Source: an uncultured Desulfatitalea sp. (GTDB lineage Bacteria; Desulfobacterota; Desulfobacteria; Desulfobacterales; Desulfosarcinaceae). Taken from it: 64,000 nucleotides of DNA. Position numbers and translations under genes: made by a program. The number at the start of each line of letters is the position of its first letter. The stretch's first letter is position 1. The notes beneath the pieces were generated by a model. It was not told the origin of the DNA. It saw only the letters and a program-made list of their open reading frames with translations, and did no database searches. The stretch spans positions 640,001 through 704,000 of the forward strand of contig CAXXMB010000002.1 of the NCBI GenBank assembly GCA_963668675.2. Direction: 5' to 3'. This document shows, piece after piece, positions 1 to 10,350 of the stretch.

Positions 1-417
1 GAGGAGGCAACGGCCGAAACCCTTGCCGACGGCTGGCTGCACACCGGCGACATCGCAACCATGGATGAAGACGGCTACTTCTACATCATCGACCGCAAGA
101 AGGACATGGTCATCTCGGGCGGATACAACATCTACCCCCGGGATATCGAAGAGGTCTACTTCGAACATCCCAAGGTTGTCGAAGCCACAGCCATCGGCGT
201 GCCCCACCCAAAACGCGGTGAAACCGTCAAGGTGTTCATCGTGCTCAAAGAGGGCGAAACGGCTACCCAAGAGGAGATGATCGCTTACTGCGGCGACAAG
301 CTGGCCAAGTATAAATGGCCCACGGAAATTGAATTCCGCAAAGAGCTGCCCAAGACCAATGTGGGCAAAGTGTTGCGCAAAGATTTGCGTGAGGAAGAGT
401 TGAAGAGCAGAAAGTAA
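1..417 (+). CDS. Long-chain fatty acid-CoA ligase, C-terminal part (5' truncated by window)
   Basis: Frame open from base 1; adenylate-forming enzyme motifs [33 protein letters not shown]. Confidence 0.9.
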   Translation, partial: EEATAETLADGWLHTGDIATMDEDGYFYIIDRKKDMVISGGYNIYPRDIEEVYFEHPKVVEATAIGVPHPKRGETVKVFIVLKEGETATQEEMIAYCGDKLAKYKWPTEIEFRKELPKTNVGKVLRKDLREEELKSRK

Positions 418-455
418 ATCAGTTCGCAGACCTTACTATACAGAGCACAATGTAC

Positions 456-489
456 ACGGCCGCCTCACTTCCGGGCGGCCGTTATTTTT
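456..489 (+). terminator. Intrinsic terminator after the CoA ligase
   Basis: Stem acggccgcc/ggcggccgt followed by T-rich tail. Confidence 0.65.
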
Positions 490-509
490 CGGGTGTTTAG
501 GCCGAAAAG

Positions 510-541
510 AACCGGAGATGCCGCCGGCATCTCCGGTTTTT
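510..541. terminator. Hairpin terminator between convergent genes, probably bidirectional
   Basis: aaccggagatgcc/ggcatctccggtt inverted repeat with A-rich and T-rich flanks. Confidence 0.7.
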
Positions 542-578
542 AACTTCCTCTTTGCTCAAAATGTGATGAAACCGAGTG

Positions 579-2393
579 CTATTTACCGCCGAAGCTATCG
601 TCGTCGATCTCTATGGCGGAACAGCAGGCGCCCATAATGGTTTCGATCTTTCCGTTGGTCAGCGGCAGGATGTTGCCGACAAAGAACTCGGCCGATTTGA
701 TCTGGCCTTCCAGGAATTTCTGATCTTTCTTCTTGGCACCCTTTTCCAACTGCTGGGATGCAAGGTTGGCACGCCACAGCAGCATCCATGCCATTACCAG
801 ATCGCCGGAAGCTTCCATGAAAGTGTAAGAAAATGCCAGGGCATTCGCGATCTGACCTTCCATCATGGCCTTGCCAAGATGCATGGCCGCATCGCCCAAA
901 CGCTTGGCAATGGCCCCGGTCTTTTCAGCCAGGGGCTTGAGCGCTTCAATCCCCTTGGCGGTGTCGAGGGTTTTCTGAAGTTCGCCCATCATCGCCATCA
1001 TGGCTTTGCCGCCGTCCATGACCGTCTTGCGCCCCAGGTAGTCCAGTGCCTGGATACCGTTGGTGCCTTCGTAGATCTGGGTGATGCGAATATCACGAAC
1101 CAGCTGCTCCACGGGATACTCTTTGATGTAACCGTAGCCACCGTAAATCTGCACACCGAGGTTGGCCACATCGAAAGAGCGGTCGCTGATGTAGCCCTTG
1201 CAAATGGGGGTCAGGAAGCCGATCAGGGCCTCATATTGGTCCTTCTCTTCCTTATCCTTGGCCAGATGGGACTGGTCGATCAGTTTGGATACGTAATAGA
1301 GCAGGCTGCGCATGCCTTCCACATAGGATTTCATGGTAATGAGCATGCGGCGCACGTCCGGATGGTTGATGATCGGCACGGCCGGAGCATCTTTTTCAAA
1401 TGCGTCGGCCCGGCGGAACTGCACGCGCTCGCGGGCGTAGTTCAAGGCATAGAGGTAAGAGGCGCTGGCGTCGGCAAAGGCCGATGCGCCGGTGTGCAGG
1501 CGTGCGCCGTTCATCATCTGGAACATGGCGCGCATGCCCTTGTTCTCTTCACCAAGCAGATAGCCGCGGCATTTACCCTTGCCACCCAGGGTCAGTGAGG
1601 CGGTGGCGTTGCCATGGATGCCCATTTTCTCTTCGATGCCGGTGCACACCACGTCATTGGGTTCGCCCAACGTACCGTCGTCGTTGACCCATATTTTGGG
1701 AACCAGGAACAGAGAGATGCCCTTTGTCCCGGCCGGTGCGCCTTCGATGCGGGCCAAGGTCGGGTGGATAATGTTGTCGGCCAGATCGTGTTCGCCGGCC
1801 GAGATGAAGATTTTGTTGCCGCTGATCGAGTAGGTGCCGTCATCGTTTTTCACGGCAGTGGTGGTCAGGGCGCCTACGTCGGAACCGGCTTCCGGTTCAG
1901 TGAGCAGCATGGTGCCGGTCCATTCGCCGGTATTCATTTTCTCCAGAAACAGTTTCTTCAGTTTCTCGGTACCGAAATTTTGAACCAGCCCGGCGGCGCC
2001 GTTGGTCAAACCAGCGTACATCATAAAAGAGAAATTGGCGGCAGAAAAGTACTCACCAGTGGCAATACCCACCGAATGCGGCATGCCCTGTCCGCCCCAT
2101 TCAGCCGGCATGGTCGTGCCGACCCATTCGCCCTCTTTCAAAAGCTCCCAGGCGCGTTTGTAACTTTCCGGCGTGGTTACCTCGCCGTTGTTAAACTGGG
2201 CGCCGATCTCATCTCCATCCTTCTGGGTCGGCAGAATCTCTTTTATTGCCAGATTGCGCGCTTCGGTAACGATCATTTCGATGGTTTTACGGTTGAACTC
2301 GGCGTACTCCTCCGCTTTGCTGAGCGCGTCGACGTTCATCTGGTCGAAAAGAACAAAATCGACATCTCTGCGATCCGATAATACCTGTGCCAT
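579..2393 (-). CDS. Acyl-CoA dehydrogenase (long ~600 aa type)
   Basis: TMLLTEPEAGSDVG, GNKIFIS, EKMGIHG, QIYGGYGY, IYEGTNGIQALD motifs. Confidence 0.93.
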   Translation of the reverse strand: MAQVLSDRRDVDFVLFDQMNVDALSKAEEYAEFNRKTIEMIVTEARNLAIKEILPTQKDGDEIGAQFNNGEVTTPESYKRAWELLKEGEWVGTTMPAEWGGQGMPHSVGIATGEYFSAANFSFMMYAGLTNGAAGLVQNFGTEKLKKLFLEKMNTGEWTGTMLLTEPEAGSDVGALTTTAVKNDDGTYSISGNKIFISAGEHDLADNIIHPTLARIEGAPAGTKGISLFLVPKIWVNDDGTLGEPNDVVCTGIEEKMGIHGNATASLTLGGKGKCRGYLLGEENKGMRAMFQMMNGARLHTGASAFADASASYLYALNYARERVQFRRADAFEKDAPAVPIINHPDVRRMLITMKSYVEGMRSLLYYVSKLIDQSHLAKDKEEKDQYEALIGFLTPICKGYISDRSFDVANLGVQIYGGYGYIKEYPVEQLVRDIRITQIYEGTNGIQALDYLGRKTVMDGGKAMMAMMGELQKTLDTAKGIEALKPLAEKTGAIAKRLGDAAMHLGKAMMEGQIANALAFSYTFMEASGDLVMAWMLLWRANLASQQLEKGAKKKDQKFLEGQIKSAEFFVGNILPLTNGKIETIMGACCSAIEIDDDSFGGK

Positions 2394-2418
2394 TGAAAAC
2401 TCTCCTTCCTTAACTATG

Positions 2419-3069
2419 TCATGTCACCGCATCGGTTTCATTCACCGATTGCGACGATGGGTTATTTCCCTCTTCTGATTCCTGCCCGGCCGCACCGATC
2501 CCTTTGATAAACAGCTCGACCAGTGGCGCCGCCATGGAGGTCAGGTCGTGATCCCGTCCCGTATGGATCCAAGTGTTGATCACCTCGTCAACCGCCCCGT
2601 TGATCAGCCGTTTGACCAGTCCGACGTAAAGATCGCTGCGGATCGTTCCCTCTTTCTGCCCCTGGGCTACCACCTGGGAGATCACGTCCCTATACATTTT
2701 GGACATCTGGCGCGTCGGCTCCTGGACCAGACGCCACTGGAGGTGGGTCTCGCCCTGGTAGACGATGGCGCCGGGGGGTTGACTCTGAAACAGATCCAGA
2801 TGGGCATAGACCAGGTTGTTCAGTTTCTCGATAGCGGTCTTGCCCTCTTCGACGGCCTTCCAAAAGCGTTCGGAGACGTGTTCGGTCATCGCCTCGTAAA
2901 ATTGAACCAGGATGTCGTCCTTGTTTTTGAAATAGAGGTAGATGGTGCCGTCAGCAACGCCGGCCTCCTGAGCAATCTGGGAGATGGTGGACTGTGAAAA
3001 CCCCCTCTCGGCAAAAACATTGATGGCCGCCGTCAGAATTTGCTGGTATTTATCGGCATTTCGTTTCAT
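2419..3069 (-). CDS. TetR-family regulator, FadR/YsiA-like
   Basis: HTH IAQEAGVADGTIYLYFKNKDDIL closely resembles Bacillus FadR (YsiA); start taken at MKRNADKY because the longer ORF start lies inside the operator. Confidence 0.88.
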   Translation of the reverse strand: MKRNADKYQQILTAAINVFAERGFSQSTISQIAQEAGVADGTIYLYFKNKDDILVQFYEAMTEHVSERFWKAVEEGKTAIEKLNNLVYAHLDLFQSQPPGAIVYQGETHLQWRLVQEPTRQMSKMYRDVISQVVAQGQKEGTIRSDLYVGLVKRLINGAVDEVINTWIHTGRDHDLTSMAAPLVELFIKGIGAAGQESEEGNNPSSQSVNETDAVT

Positions 3070-3097
3070 TTCCCTGTCCGAAAACCCCTCTCCAAAA

Positions 3098-3117
3098 ATG
3101 AATGAGCATTCACTCAT
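3098..3117. promoter_or_regulatory. FadR/YsiA-type operator palindrome
   Basis: ATGAATGA-GCAT-TCACTCAT; resembles TGAATGA-N4-TCATTCA; lies just downstream of a minus-strand TTGACA (3139-3144). Confidence 0.7.
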
Positions 3118-3237
3118 TTACCAAAGCCCTTTTCCGCGTGTCAAGTGGTAAAATGGCCTTAAGTTAAAAATCCCCCTACAGTATCAAAAATGCGAGCATT
3201 TTCTCGTGCCGCGACGTCTTAAAAAAGCGACTGTCTA

Positions 3238-3266
3238 TTGACACAGGCCCATATTCCGTTTAGATA
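3238..3266 (+). promoter_or_regulatory. Putative sigma70 promoter for the Fe-S oxidoreductase
   Basis: TTGACA-N17-TAGATA; -10 imperfect. Confidence 0.4.
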
Positions 3267-3413
3267 AAAAAATTCGGAATCCGCGCGCTGACCGGCTCAA
3301 TCACGGAACATAGCCCCGAATCGCCGTATTTCGTTCAATAAAAAGGGGTTAACATAAAAAACCGACAGTACGAATTCGCAAAGAAAGGCAATAACTTTTG
3401 GAGGTTATATTAA

Positions 3414-4733
3414 ATGGCTGAACAAGCAATCAAACTTGGCGGCAAAAAACAGAGCACCTTCATCGACAAGGTCAAAAAGCTGCTTCCTGAAGGAGGGAAT
3501 CTCAATCTATGCCTGACCTGCGGTGCATGCTCTTCGGGTTGCCCGGCCACAGGCATCGAAGGCATGGATCCGCGTAAATTCCTGCGCATGGCAGCTTTGG
3601 GCATGGACGAGGAGATCACCTCCACCCCATGGGTATGGATGTGCAGCATGTGTACCCGCTGCGTCTATGTCTGCCCCATGAAGATCAACATCCCCCAACT
3701 TGTCTTTTACGCGCGCCAGACATGGCCCAGGGAAGAGCGCCCCAAGGGCATCATCGGTTCGTGCGACATGGCGTTGCGCAATGACACCTGCAGTGCCATG
3801 GGAGCCAGCGAAGAGGATTTCCAGTTTGTGGTCGAGGATGTATTGGAAGAGTACCGTGAAGCCCAACCCGAGTTTGCCGAAATGCAAGCGAACGTTAATA
3901 AGGAAGGGTCGTACTATTTTCTGAATCAAAACTCCCGCGAACCGGTCACTGAACCGGACGAGATGGTGCCGCTGTGGAAAATCCTCCATCTCGCCGGCGC
4001 CGACTGGACCTATGGGACCAAAGGCTGGGCAGCCGAGAACTACTGCATGTTCGCCGCTGACGATGAGGCATGGGAAAAGATCGTACGCACCAAAGTGAAA
4101 GCAGTGGAGGATTTGGGCTGTAAGGTCTGGCTCAATACGGAGTGAGGGCACGAACTCTTCGCGGTCCGGTTCGGACTGCAAAAATTCAACATCGAGCCCA
4201 AATTCGAAATTCAGAGCATCATCCAACTCTATGCCCAGTGGATCCGTGAGGGTAAGCTAAAACCCAGTTCGGAATGGAACAAAGAGCGCAAGATCAAATT
4301 CACCGTCCAGGATCCTTGCCAACTGGTTCGCAAATCGTTTGGCGACCCGGTGGCCGAAGATCTCCGTCTGGTCGTCAGGGCCGTCGTTGGCGAAGAGAAC
4401 TTCATCGACATGTACCCCAACCGCTCGAACAACTTCTGCTGCGGCGGTGGCGGCGGCTTCCTGCAATCCGGTTATCCCGATCAACGCCGCAAGTACGGTG
4501 AGTTGAAGGCCAACCAGATCCTTTCAACAGGGGCCGAATACTGCATCACCCCCTGCCACAACTGCCATGCCCAGGTCCACGACCTGAGCGAGGTTCGGGA
4601 CCATCCGTGGCAGACCGTCCATCTCTGGACCCTGTTGTGCCTCTCTCTGGGGATTTTAGGGCCCAACGAACGGGTCTACCTGGGAGAGGACCTAAGGGAT
4701 GTGGATGTCTTCCATCCTGAGAGTGAGATGTAA
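3414..4733 (+). CDS. HdrC/HdrD(GlpC)-like Fe-S oxidoreductase, predicted selenoprotein (439 aa, Sec244)
   Basis: N-terminal CxxCxxCxxxCP x2; in-frame TGA at 4143-4145 in NTE-U-GH; frame stays open to QDPC, CCGGGGG and CHNC of a second CCG domain; hairpin follows the UGA. Confidence 0.85.
4161..4179 (+). promoter_or_regulatory. Candidate bacterial SECIS
   Basis: gcggtccg-gtt-cggactgc stem-loop with G-first loop about 23 nt after the UGA. Confidence 0.7.
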
Positions 4734-4763
4734 ATAGCCAGATAAAAGTTCAATAGATATGCG

Positions 4764-4797
4764 AAGGCCGGCAGCATTAATGTGCTGCCGGCCTTTT
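4764..4797 (+). terminator. Intrinsic terminator
   Basis: aaggccggcagca/tgctgccggcctt followed by T tract. Confidence 0.8.
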
Positions 4798-4861
4798 GTT
4801 TTCTTTTAGCAGTTTGCATCAGTGGGCGATCGTCATAATGCTTGTATGGAGCTTAAAATTG

Positions 4862-4900
4862 AAACAGGCCGATCCGCTGGATTGCGGATCGGCCTGTTTT
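4862..4900 (-). terminator. Intrinsic terminator for the fdh gene (could act both ways)
   Basis: aaacaggccgatccgc/gcggatcggcctgttt. Confidence 0.75.
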
Positions 4901-4926
4901 GGTTCTGATGGGCGATAAATAGGTGT

Positions 4927-7692
4927 TTAGGCCGCCTTGTCTATTTTAACGGCGCACACCTTGAACTCGGGTATGCCGGAGACCGGATCTAATGCCGCGT
5001 TGGTCAACTGGTTCGCTGCACCCTTGGCAAAGTGAAAGGGGATAAAGACGGTGCCGCCGACGGCCTTGGACAAAATCCTGGCCCGGACGGCGATCGAGCC
5101 GCGTCGCGAGGCGATGTTCACCATGTCGCCTTCCACGATGTTGAATCTCTCCGCATCCGCTCTGGAGATCTCCACATAGGATTCGGGGGCACGGTCGTTG
5201 AGATCGGCACTCTTCATGGTCATGGTACCGGTGTGGTATTGATAGAGAAGGCGTCCGGTCGTCAGGTAGAGCGGATATTCGTCATCCACCTGCTCGGCCG
5301 GCGGAATCCACTCGATGGCATGAAATTTACCCAGCCCCCGGGTAAACTGTTGTCCATGCAAGATGGGCGTTCCCGGATGGTCGCTGGTGGGACAGGGCCA
5401 ATGAATCCCTTCGGCATCGATGCGATCGTAAGTCAGTCCGGCGTAAGAGGGGGTGACCCGGCAGATCTCTTCGAAAATTTCGCGACTGTTCGCATAGGAC
5501 ATATCATAGCCCATGCGCTTGGCGATTTCACAGGTGATCCACCAGTCATCCTTCGCTTCTCCGGGCGGATTAACGGCCTTACGCACCCGCTGGACGCGGC
5601 GTTCGGTGTTGGAGAAGGTACCCTCTTTTTCCGCAAAGCAGGCCGAAGGAAGCACCACGTCGGCCATCTTAGCGGTCTCAGTCAGGAAGATGTCCTGGAC
5701 CACGAGGAAATCCATATTCTTGAACGCCTTTTCGGCATGGCGAAGATCGGGGTCCGAAACCATGGGGTTCTCCCCGATGATGTAGAGACTTTTGAATTTG
5801 CCCTCGATGGCATTGGGAAGCATCTCGGTCACCTTCAACCCGATCTTGGTCTCCAGCCCCTCAACGCCCCATGCATCTTCCATCTTCTTGGCCGCGGCCA
5901 GATCCCCCACCGGCTGATAACCGGTATAGACGTTGGGCAGACCGCCCATGTCACAGGCCCCTTGAACGTTGTTCTGTCCGCGCAGCGGATTAACGCCGCC
6001 GCCGGCCATGCCCAGATTGCCGGTCAGCATCGAAAGGTTGGCCAGGGATTTGACGTTGTCGGTGCCGCTGATGTGCTGGGTGATGCCCATGCAGTAGAGA
6101 ATACTGCCGGTGCGGGCGCCGGCAAAAAGCTTGGCGGCTGCCACCAGGCTCTCGGCCGGAATGCCGGTGATGCCTTCGACAAATTCGGGTGTATATTTTT
6201 CCACCTGCTGCCGCAGCTCTTCGAACCCTTCGGTGCGCTTCTCGACAAACTCGGCGTCGTGCAGCTTCTCTTTGATGATGACGTGCATCATACCGTTGAT
6301 CCACGCCACGTCGGTGCCCAGGTTGGGACGCAGCCACTGCTGTGCGAACTCGGTCATCTTGATACGCCGCGGGTCGACTACGATCAGTTTGGCGCCCCTG
6401 AATTTCACGGCACGCTTGACAAAGGTGGAGAGCACCGGGTGGTTCTCACTGGTATTGGACCCGGTGATCAAAATGACATCGGCGGTTTCGATATCGGCAA
6501 TGGTGTTGGTCATTGCACCCGAACCAAACGCTGCGGCCAGCCCGGCCACGGTGGAGCTATGTCAGAGCCGGGCACAGTGATCGACATTGTTGGTTTTGAG
6601 CACCGCCCGGGTAAATTTCTGGGCAATGTAATTCTCCTCGTTGGTCACGCGTGCTGAGGTAAGAACGCCCATCTTGTCGCTGCCGTGGGTATCCCTCACC
6701 TCCTTCAGTCGACCGGCGACCAGATCCAGCGCTTCATCCCAGGTGGCCTCCCGGAATTTTCCGCTCTCTTTGATCAGGGGATGGGTGAGACGCTCCTCGG
6801 ATCCGATAAAATGGTAGCCGAAACGGCCCTTGACGCAGAGGCTCCCGTGGTTGGGGGCAGCATCGACGCCGGTCACCTTGACCACCCGGTTGTCTTTGAC
6901 GTGCAGGTAGAGCTGACACCCTACCCCGCAGTAGCTGCAGGTGGTGCGCACCTTGCGGGTCTCCCAGGGGCGCACCTTATAGCGCACGTCTTTCTCCACC
7001 AGGGCCCCCACCGGACATGCCTGCACACACTCACCGCAAAAGACGCAGTCCGAATCCTTCAGGGCACGGTCCCCGGCGGCGACAATTTTCGAGTCCGGCC
7101 CCCGGTATCCGAAATTGATGGCGTTATTGACCTGAACCTCGTTGCAAGCCTGAACACACCGGCCGCACTGGATGCAGCGTGAAAAATCCCTGACGATAAA
7201 CGGATTGACCGTCTCCATTGGATAGCGCGTCGGTGTCGCGGCAAACCGCTCACCACTGACCTGGTAGCGGTAAGCCAGATCCTGAAGGCGGCAATCGCCC
7301 CATACCGGGCAGAGTTCACCGCTGTTGTCCTCATCCTGCACCTTGAGCTGAAATGCGGTCCACTCCTGGTCGTCCGACCCACGCACCGCACAGTTGTGGT
7401 TGCCCGAGCTGAGCATCAACTGCAGCACCAGCCTGCGCGCCTCTATCACGGCGGGTGATTCTGTCTGGACGAGCATACCGGGCGTCGCCGGTGTTGCACA
7501 CGAGGCAAGCAGGGTTCGTGCGCCTTCGACCTCAACAACGCAGATGCGGCACGCCCCTGTGGGGGTGGTCCCCTTCAGGTGACACAGGGTGGGGATATCG
7601 ATATCGTTGCGGCGTGCAACCTCCAGAATTGTTTCGCCGCTTTCAAAACTCAGCTCATGGCCGTTTATGGTGATGATTTGCTGTGCACTCAT
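4927..7692 (-). CDS. fdhF: Formate dehydrogenase alpha subunit with N-terminal 2Fe-2S/4Fe-4S (NuoG-like) module, selenoprotein (921 aa, Sec377)
   Basis: Two ORFs in the same frame joined by TGA at 6564-6562 in DHCARL-U-HSSTVAGL; CSYCGVGC, RGQNNVQG, PEFKVCAV motifs; AAGGAG upstream of ATG 7692; no Tat signal. Confidence 0.92.
6533..6549 (-). promoter_or_regulatory. Candidate SECIS of fdh
   Basis: GUGGCC-GGGCU-GGCCGC hairpin starting 12 nt after the UGA. Confidence 0.6.
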
Positions 7693-7786
7693 ACCCGCGT
7701 TTTCTCCTTGGAAATTGGGGTTTCTTCTTCGTGAGCATATCAAACGATGGTCGCCTACTATTAGATAAATTGGGCGATTTTGTCAA

Positions 7787-8185
7787 TCAAAGGGGCCGTT
7801 TCCGGGCAACTGTTTTCCAATATAGAGTGGCACCCACCATTGCACCGACAAGATCTGCCAGCAGATCCATCAGGTCGGCCGACCGGGCAGCCACAAAGCT
7901 CTGGTGCCACTCGTCCAGACCGCCGTATAGCGTCGTCAATACAACAGCAGTGACAAACAACTTCCCCCTCCTGCCCCTCCAGGCGGCTACCGTATTGAAG
8001 GCACGGCAGAAAAGGATAGAGAGCAGGCCATAAATCCCTGTGTGGCCGATCTTGTCCGAATAGGGCCATGTGGGAAGCGTATCGGGGGTGGCGAAAGAGG
8101 ACTGGATGAAAATGATCGCGCACCATAGCGCCGGAGGCAGCCAATACCAGATCAAACGCAATTTGGGATCGCTCACCCCGTTCAT
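7787..8185 (-). CDS. VanZ-family membrane protein
   Basis: DKIGH...YG, DEWHQSFV..R, DLLAD motifs; hydrophobic segments. Confidence 0.85.
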   Translation of the reverse strand: MNGVSDPKLRLIWYWLPPALWCAIIFIQSSFATPDTLPTWPYSDKIGHTGIYGLLSILFCRAFNTVAAWRGRRGKLFVTAVVLTTLYGGLDEWHQSFVAARSADLMDLLADLVGAMVGATLYWKTVARKRPL

Positions 8186-8230
8186 ACCGGTTTCCAGTCC
8201 TATTAAAGAGGCGTCGGTTGCGTCTATCGG

Positions 8231-10144
8231 CTACCAGTCGAATTCCAGGTCGAGTCGCCGCTTCCGGATATGCTCCAACACCTTTTCCTCGAACAGCGCC
8301 ATTGGGATACCGTGTCGGACCTGGCCATCAAGGGTGCGCACCGAAACCGTCCCCGCCTCTTTCTCCTTGGCGCCACAGGTCAGAATCAGTGGAATTTTGG
8401 CAAGCTGGGCGTCACGCACCTTTCGATTGAGGCTCTCCGATCGATTGTCCACCTCCGTTCTCAGACCGCTGCGCTCCAGACGGGCCGAAACCTCGTCGGC
8501 AAATGGAATCAGATCATCGTTGATCGGCAGAATGCCAACCTGAACCGGTGCCAGCCAGAGGGGGAACTGGCCGGCAAAATGCTCGACCAGGATACCGAAA
8601 AAGCGTTCGATGGATCCGTAGACCACCCGATGGATCATGATCGGCCGATGGCGTTCGTTGTCCCTCCCGATGTAAGTGAGGTCGAAGCGTTCGGGCAGGG
8701 ACATGTCGAGTTGCACGGTGCCGCACTGCCACGTTCGGCCGAGGGCATCTTTGATATGGATATCGATCTTCGGGCCGTAAAAAGCGCCGTCGCCCTCATT
8801 GACTTTGTATTCGGCGCCATACGCCTTCAGGGCTGCTTCGAGCCCGTTGGTGGCCATGGCCCACTGCTCATCGTTGCCGATCGATTTTTCCGGACGCGTT
8901 GAAAGCTCCAGGTGAAATCCCAGGCCGAAGGTGCTGTAGATACGCTCCACCAGTTTCAACACCCCCAGAATCTCATCCTGGATCTGATCCGGGGTCATGA
9001 AGATATGGGCATCGTCCTGATGAAAGGCCCTCACCCTGAAGAGACCGTTGAGCACGCCGCTCAATTCGTGGCGGTGCACCAGGCCGATCTCCCCGGCACG
9101 CAACGGCAGATCCCGATAGGAATGGTGCTTGCGGCCGAAGAGCAACATGCCGCCCGGGCAGTTCATCGGCTTGATGGCATAGTCGACCTCATCGATCTTG
9201 GCGGTATACATGTTCTCTCGGTAATTTTCCCAGTGGCCGCTGCGCTCCCACAGTTTCCGTTGGAGCATGATGGGGGTCTTGGTCTCCACATAGCCGTCGG
9301 CACGGTGCTCCTCACGCCAGTAATCGAGCAGGGCGTTCCACATGGCCATGCCCTTGGGGTGGAAAAAGGGCATCCCGGGCGCTTCGTCGTGGAAACTGAA
9401 CAGATCCAGGGCCGTTCCGATGCGCCGATGGTTTCGCTTGCGGGCCTCCTCTATAAAGGTCAGGTAGGCCTTGAGTTCCTTCTTGTCGAAATAGGCGGTA
9501 CCGTAAATTCGCTGGAGTTGGGCGTTGTTCTGATCCGCCCGCCAGTAGGCCCCCGACACCTTCATCAACTTGAACGCCTTGACAAAGCCGGTGTTGGGCA
9601 CATGGGGCCCTCTGCAAAGATCGGCAAAGTCGCCCTGACGGTAGAGCGAGATGGTGCCGTCCTCGAGGGCGTTGATCATCTCCAGTTTATAGGGCTCCCC
9701 TGCATACTCGGCGAGCGCCTCGGCCTTTGACACCTCCTGCCGCTGGATGGGCAACTTCTCTTTGACGATCTTCTTCATCTCCGCTTCGATGCGGTCAAAC
9801 GCCTCTTCGGAGATCGGCTCCATATCGATATCATAATAGAAGCCGTCCTCGACCACCGGTCCAATGGTCAGCTTGGCGTCCGGATAGATCCTCAGTATGG
9901 CCTGGGCCATGACATGGGCAGCGCTGTGGCGCATGATCTCCAGGCCCTCTTCGTCCTTGATGGTGATAAACCGAACGCTGCTATCGCTATCGATACGGGC
10001 GGCGAGGTCCCTCTTCAAACCGTCGATCTCCATGGCGACGCAGTTGCGGGCAAACCCCTCGGAGATGCTCTGGGCCACCTCGAAACCCGCAGGGGCGTGT
10101 TCAAATTGCTTTAAGCTCCCGTCAGGAAGTGTTATATTGATCAT
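8231..10144 (-). CDS. thrS: Threonine-tRNA ligase
   Basis: TGS start MINITLPDGS, RHSAAH, DLCRGPH, KPMNCPG, WQCGTVQLD, IHRVVYGSIERF. Confidence 0.97.
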   Translation of the reverse strand: MINITLPDGSLKQFEHAPAGFEVAQSISEGFARNCVAMEIDGLKRDLAARIDSDSSVRFITIKDEEGLEIMRHSAAHVMAQAILRIYPDAKLTIGPVVEDGFYYDIDMEPISEEAFDRIEAEMKKIVKEKLPIQRQEVSKAEALAEYAGEPYKLEMINALEDGTISLYRQGDFADLCRGPHVPNTGFVKAFKLMKVSGAYWRADQNNAQLQRIYGTAYFDKKELKAYLTFIEEARKRNHRRIGTALDLFSFHDEAPGMPFFHPKGMAMWNALLDYWREEHRADGYVETKTPIMLQRKLWERSGHWENYRENMYTAKIDEVDYAIKPMNCPGGMLLFGRKHHSYRDLPLRAGEIGLVHRHELSGVLNGLFRVRAFHQDDAHIFMTPDQIQDEILGVLKLVERIYSTFGLGFHLELSTRPEKSIGNDEQWAMATNGLEAALKAYGAEYKVNEGDGAFYGPKIDIHIKDALGRTWQCGTVQLDMSLPERFDLTYIGRDNERHRPIMIHRVVYGSIERFFGILVEHFAGQFPLWLAPVQVGILPINDDLIPFADEVSARLERSGLRTEVDNRSESLNRKVRDAQLAKIPLILTCGAKEKEAGTVSVRTLDGQVRHGIPMALFEEKVLEHIRKRRLDLEFDW

Positions 10145-10350
10145 TTGTGAAAGCCTTCCTCTGTTCCGGGCGATCACCCGTTCCCAAAATCGGCAACGTG
10201 CCGGCCTTGGTCAGGGCGTTCAACCGCAGAACGGTAGGTTAAGTTGCGACGACAAAAATATAACCGTCTGATTCAGTCGCGTAGATGCAAGCTAACCATC
10301 GGTTATTAGATGCAAACCAATAAAATGAATCAAGTAGGAGAAATACCCCT

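Noticed and set aside
576..6657. Long antisense ORFs (576-1598, 5032-6657; likewise 12567-14015, 46358-47833, 48063-49331)
   Set aside because: Shadows of GC-rich codon usage opposite well-supported genes, with no recognisable motifs
3414..7743. Calling the split Hdr-like and fdh ORFs pseudogenes or four separate genes
   Set aside because: Each break is a single in-frame TGA at a Cys/Sec position followed by a hairpin, so recoding fits better
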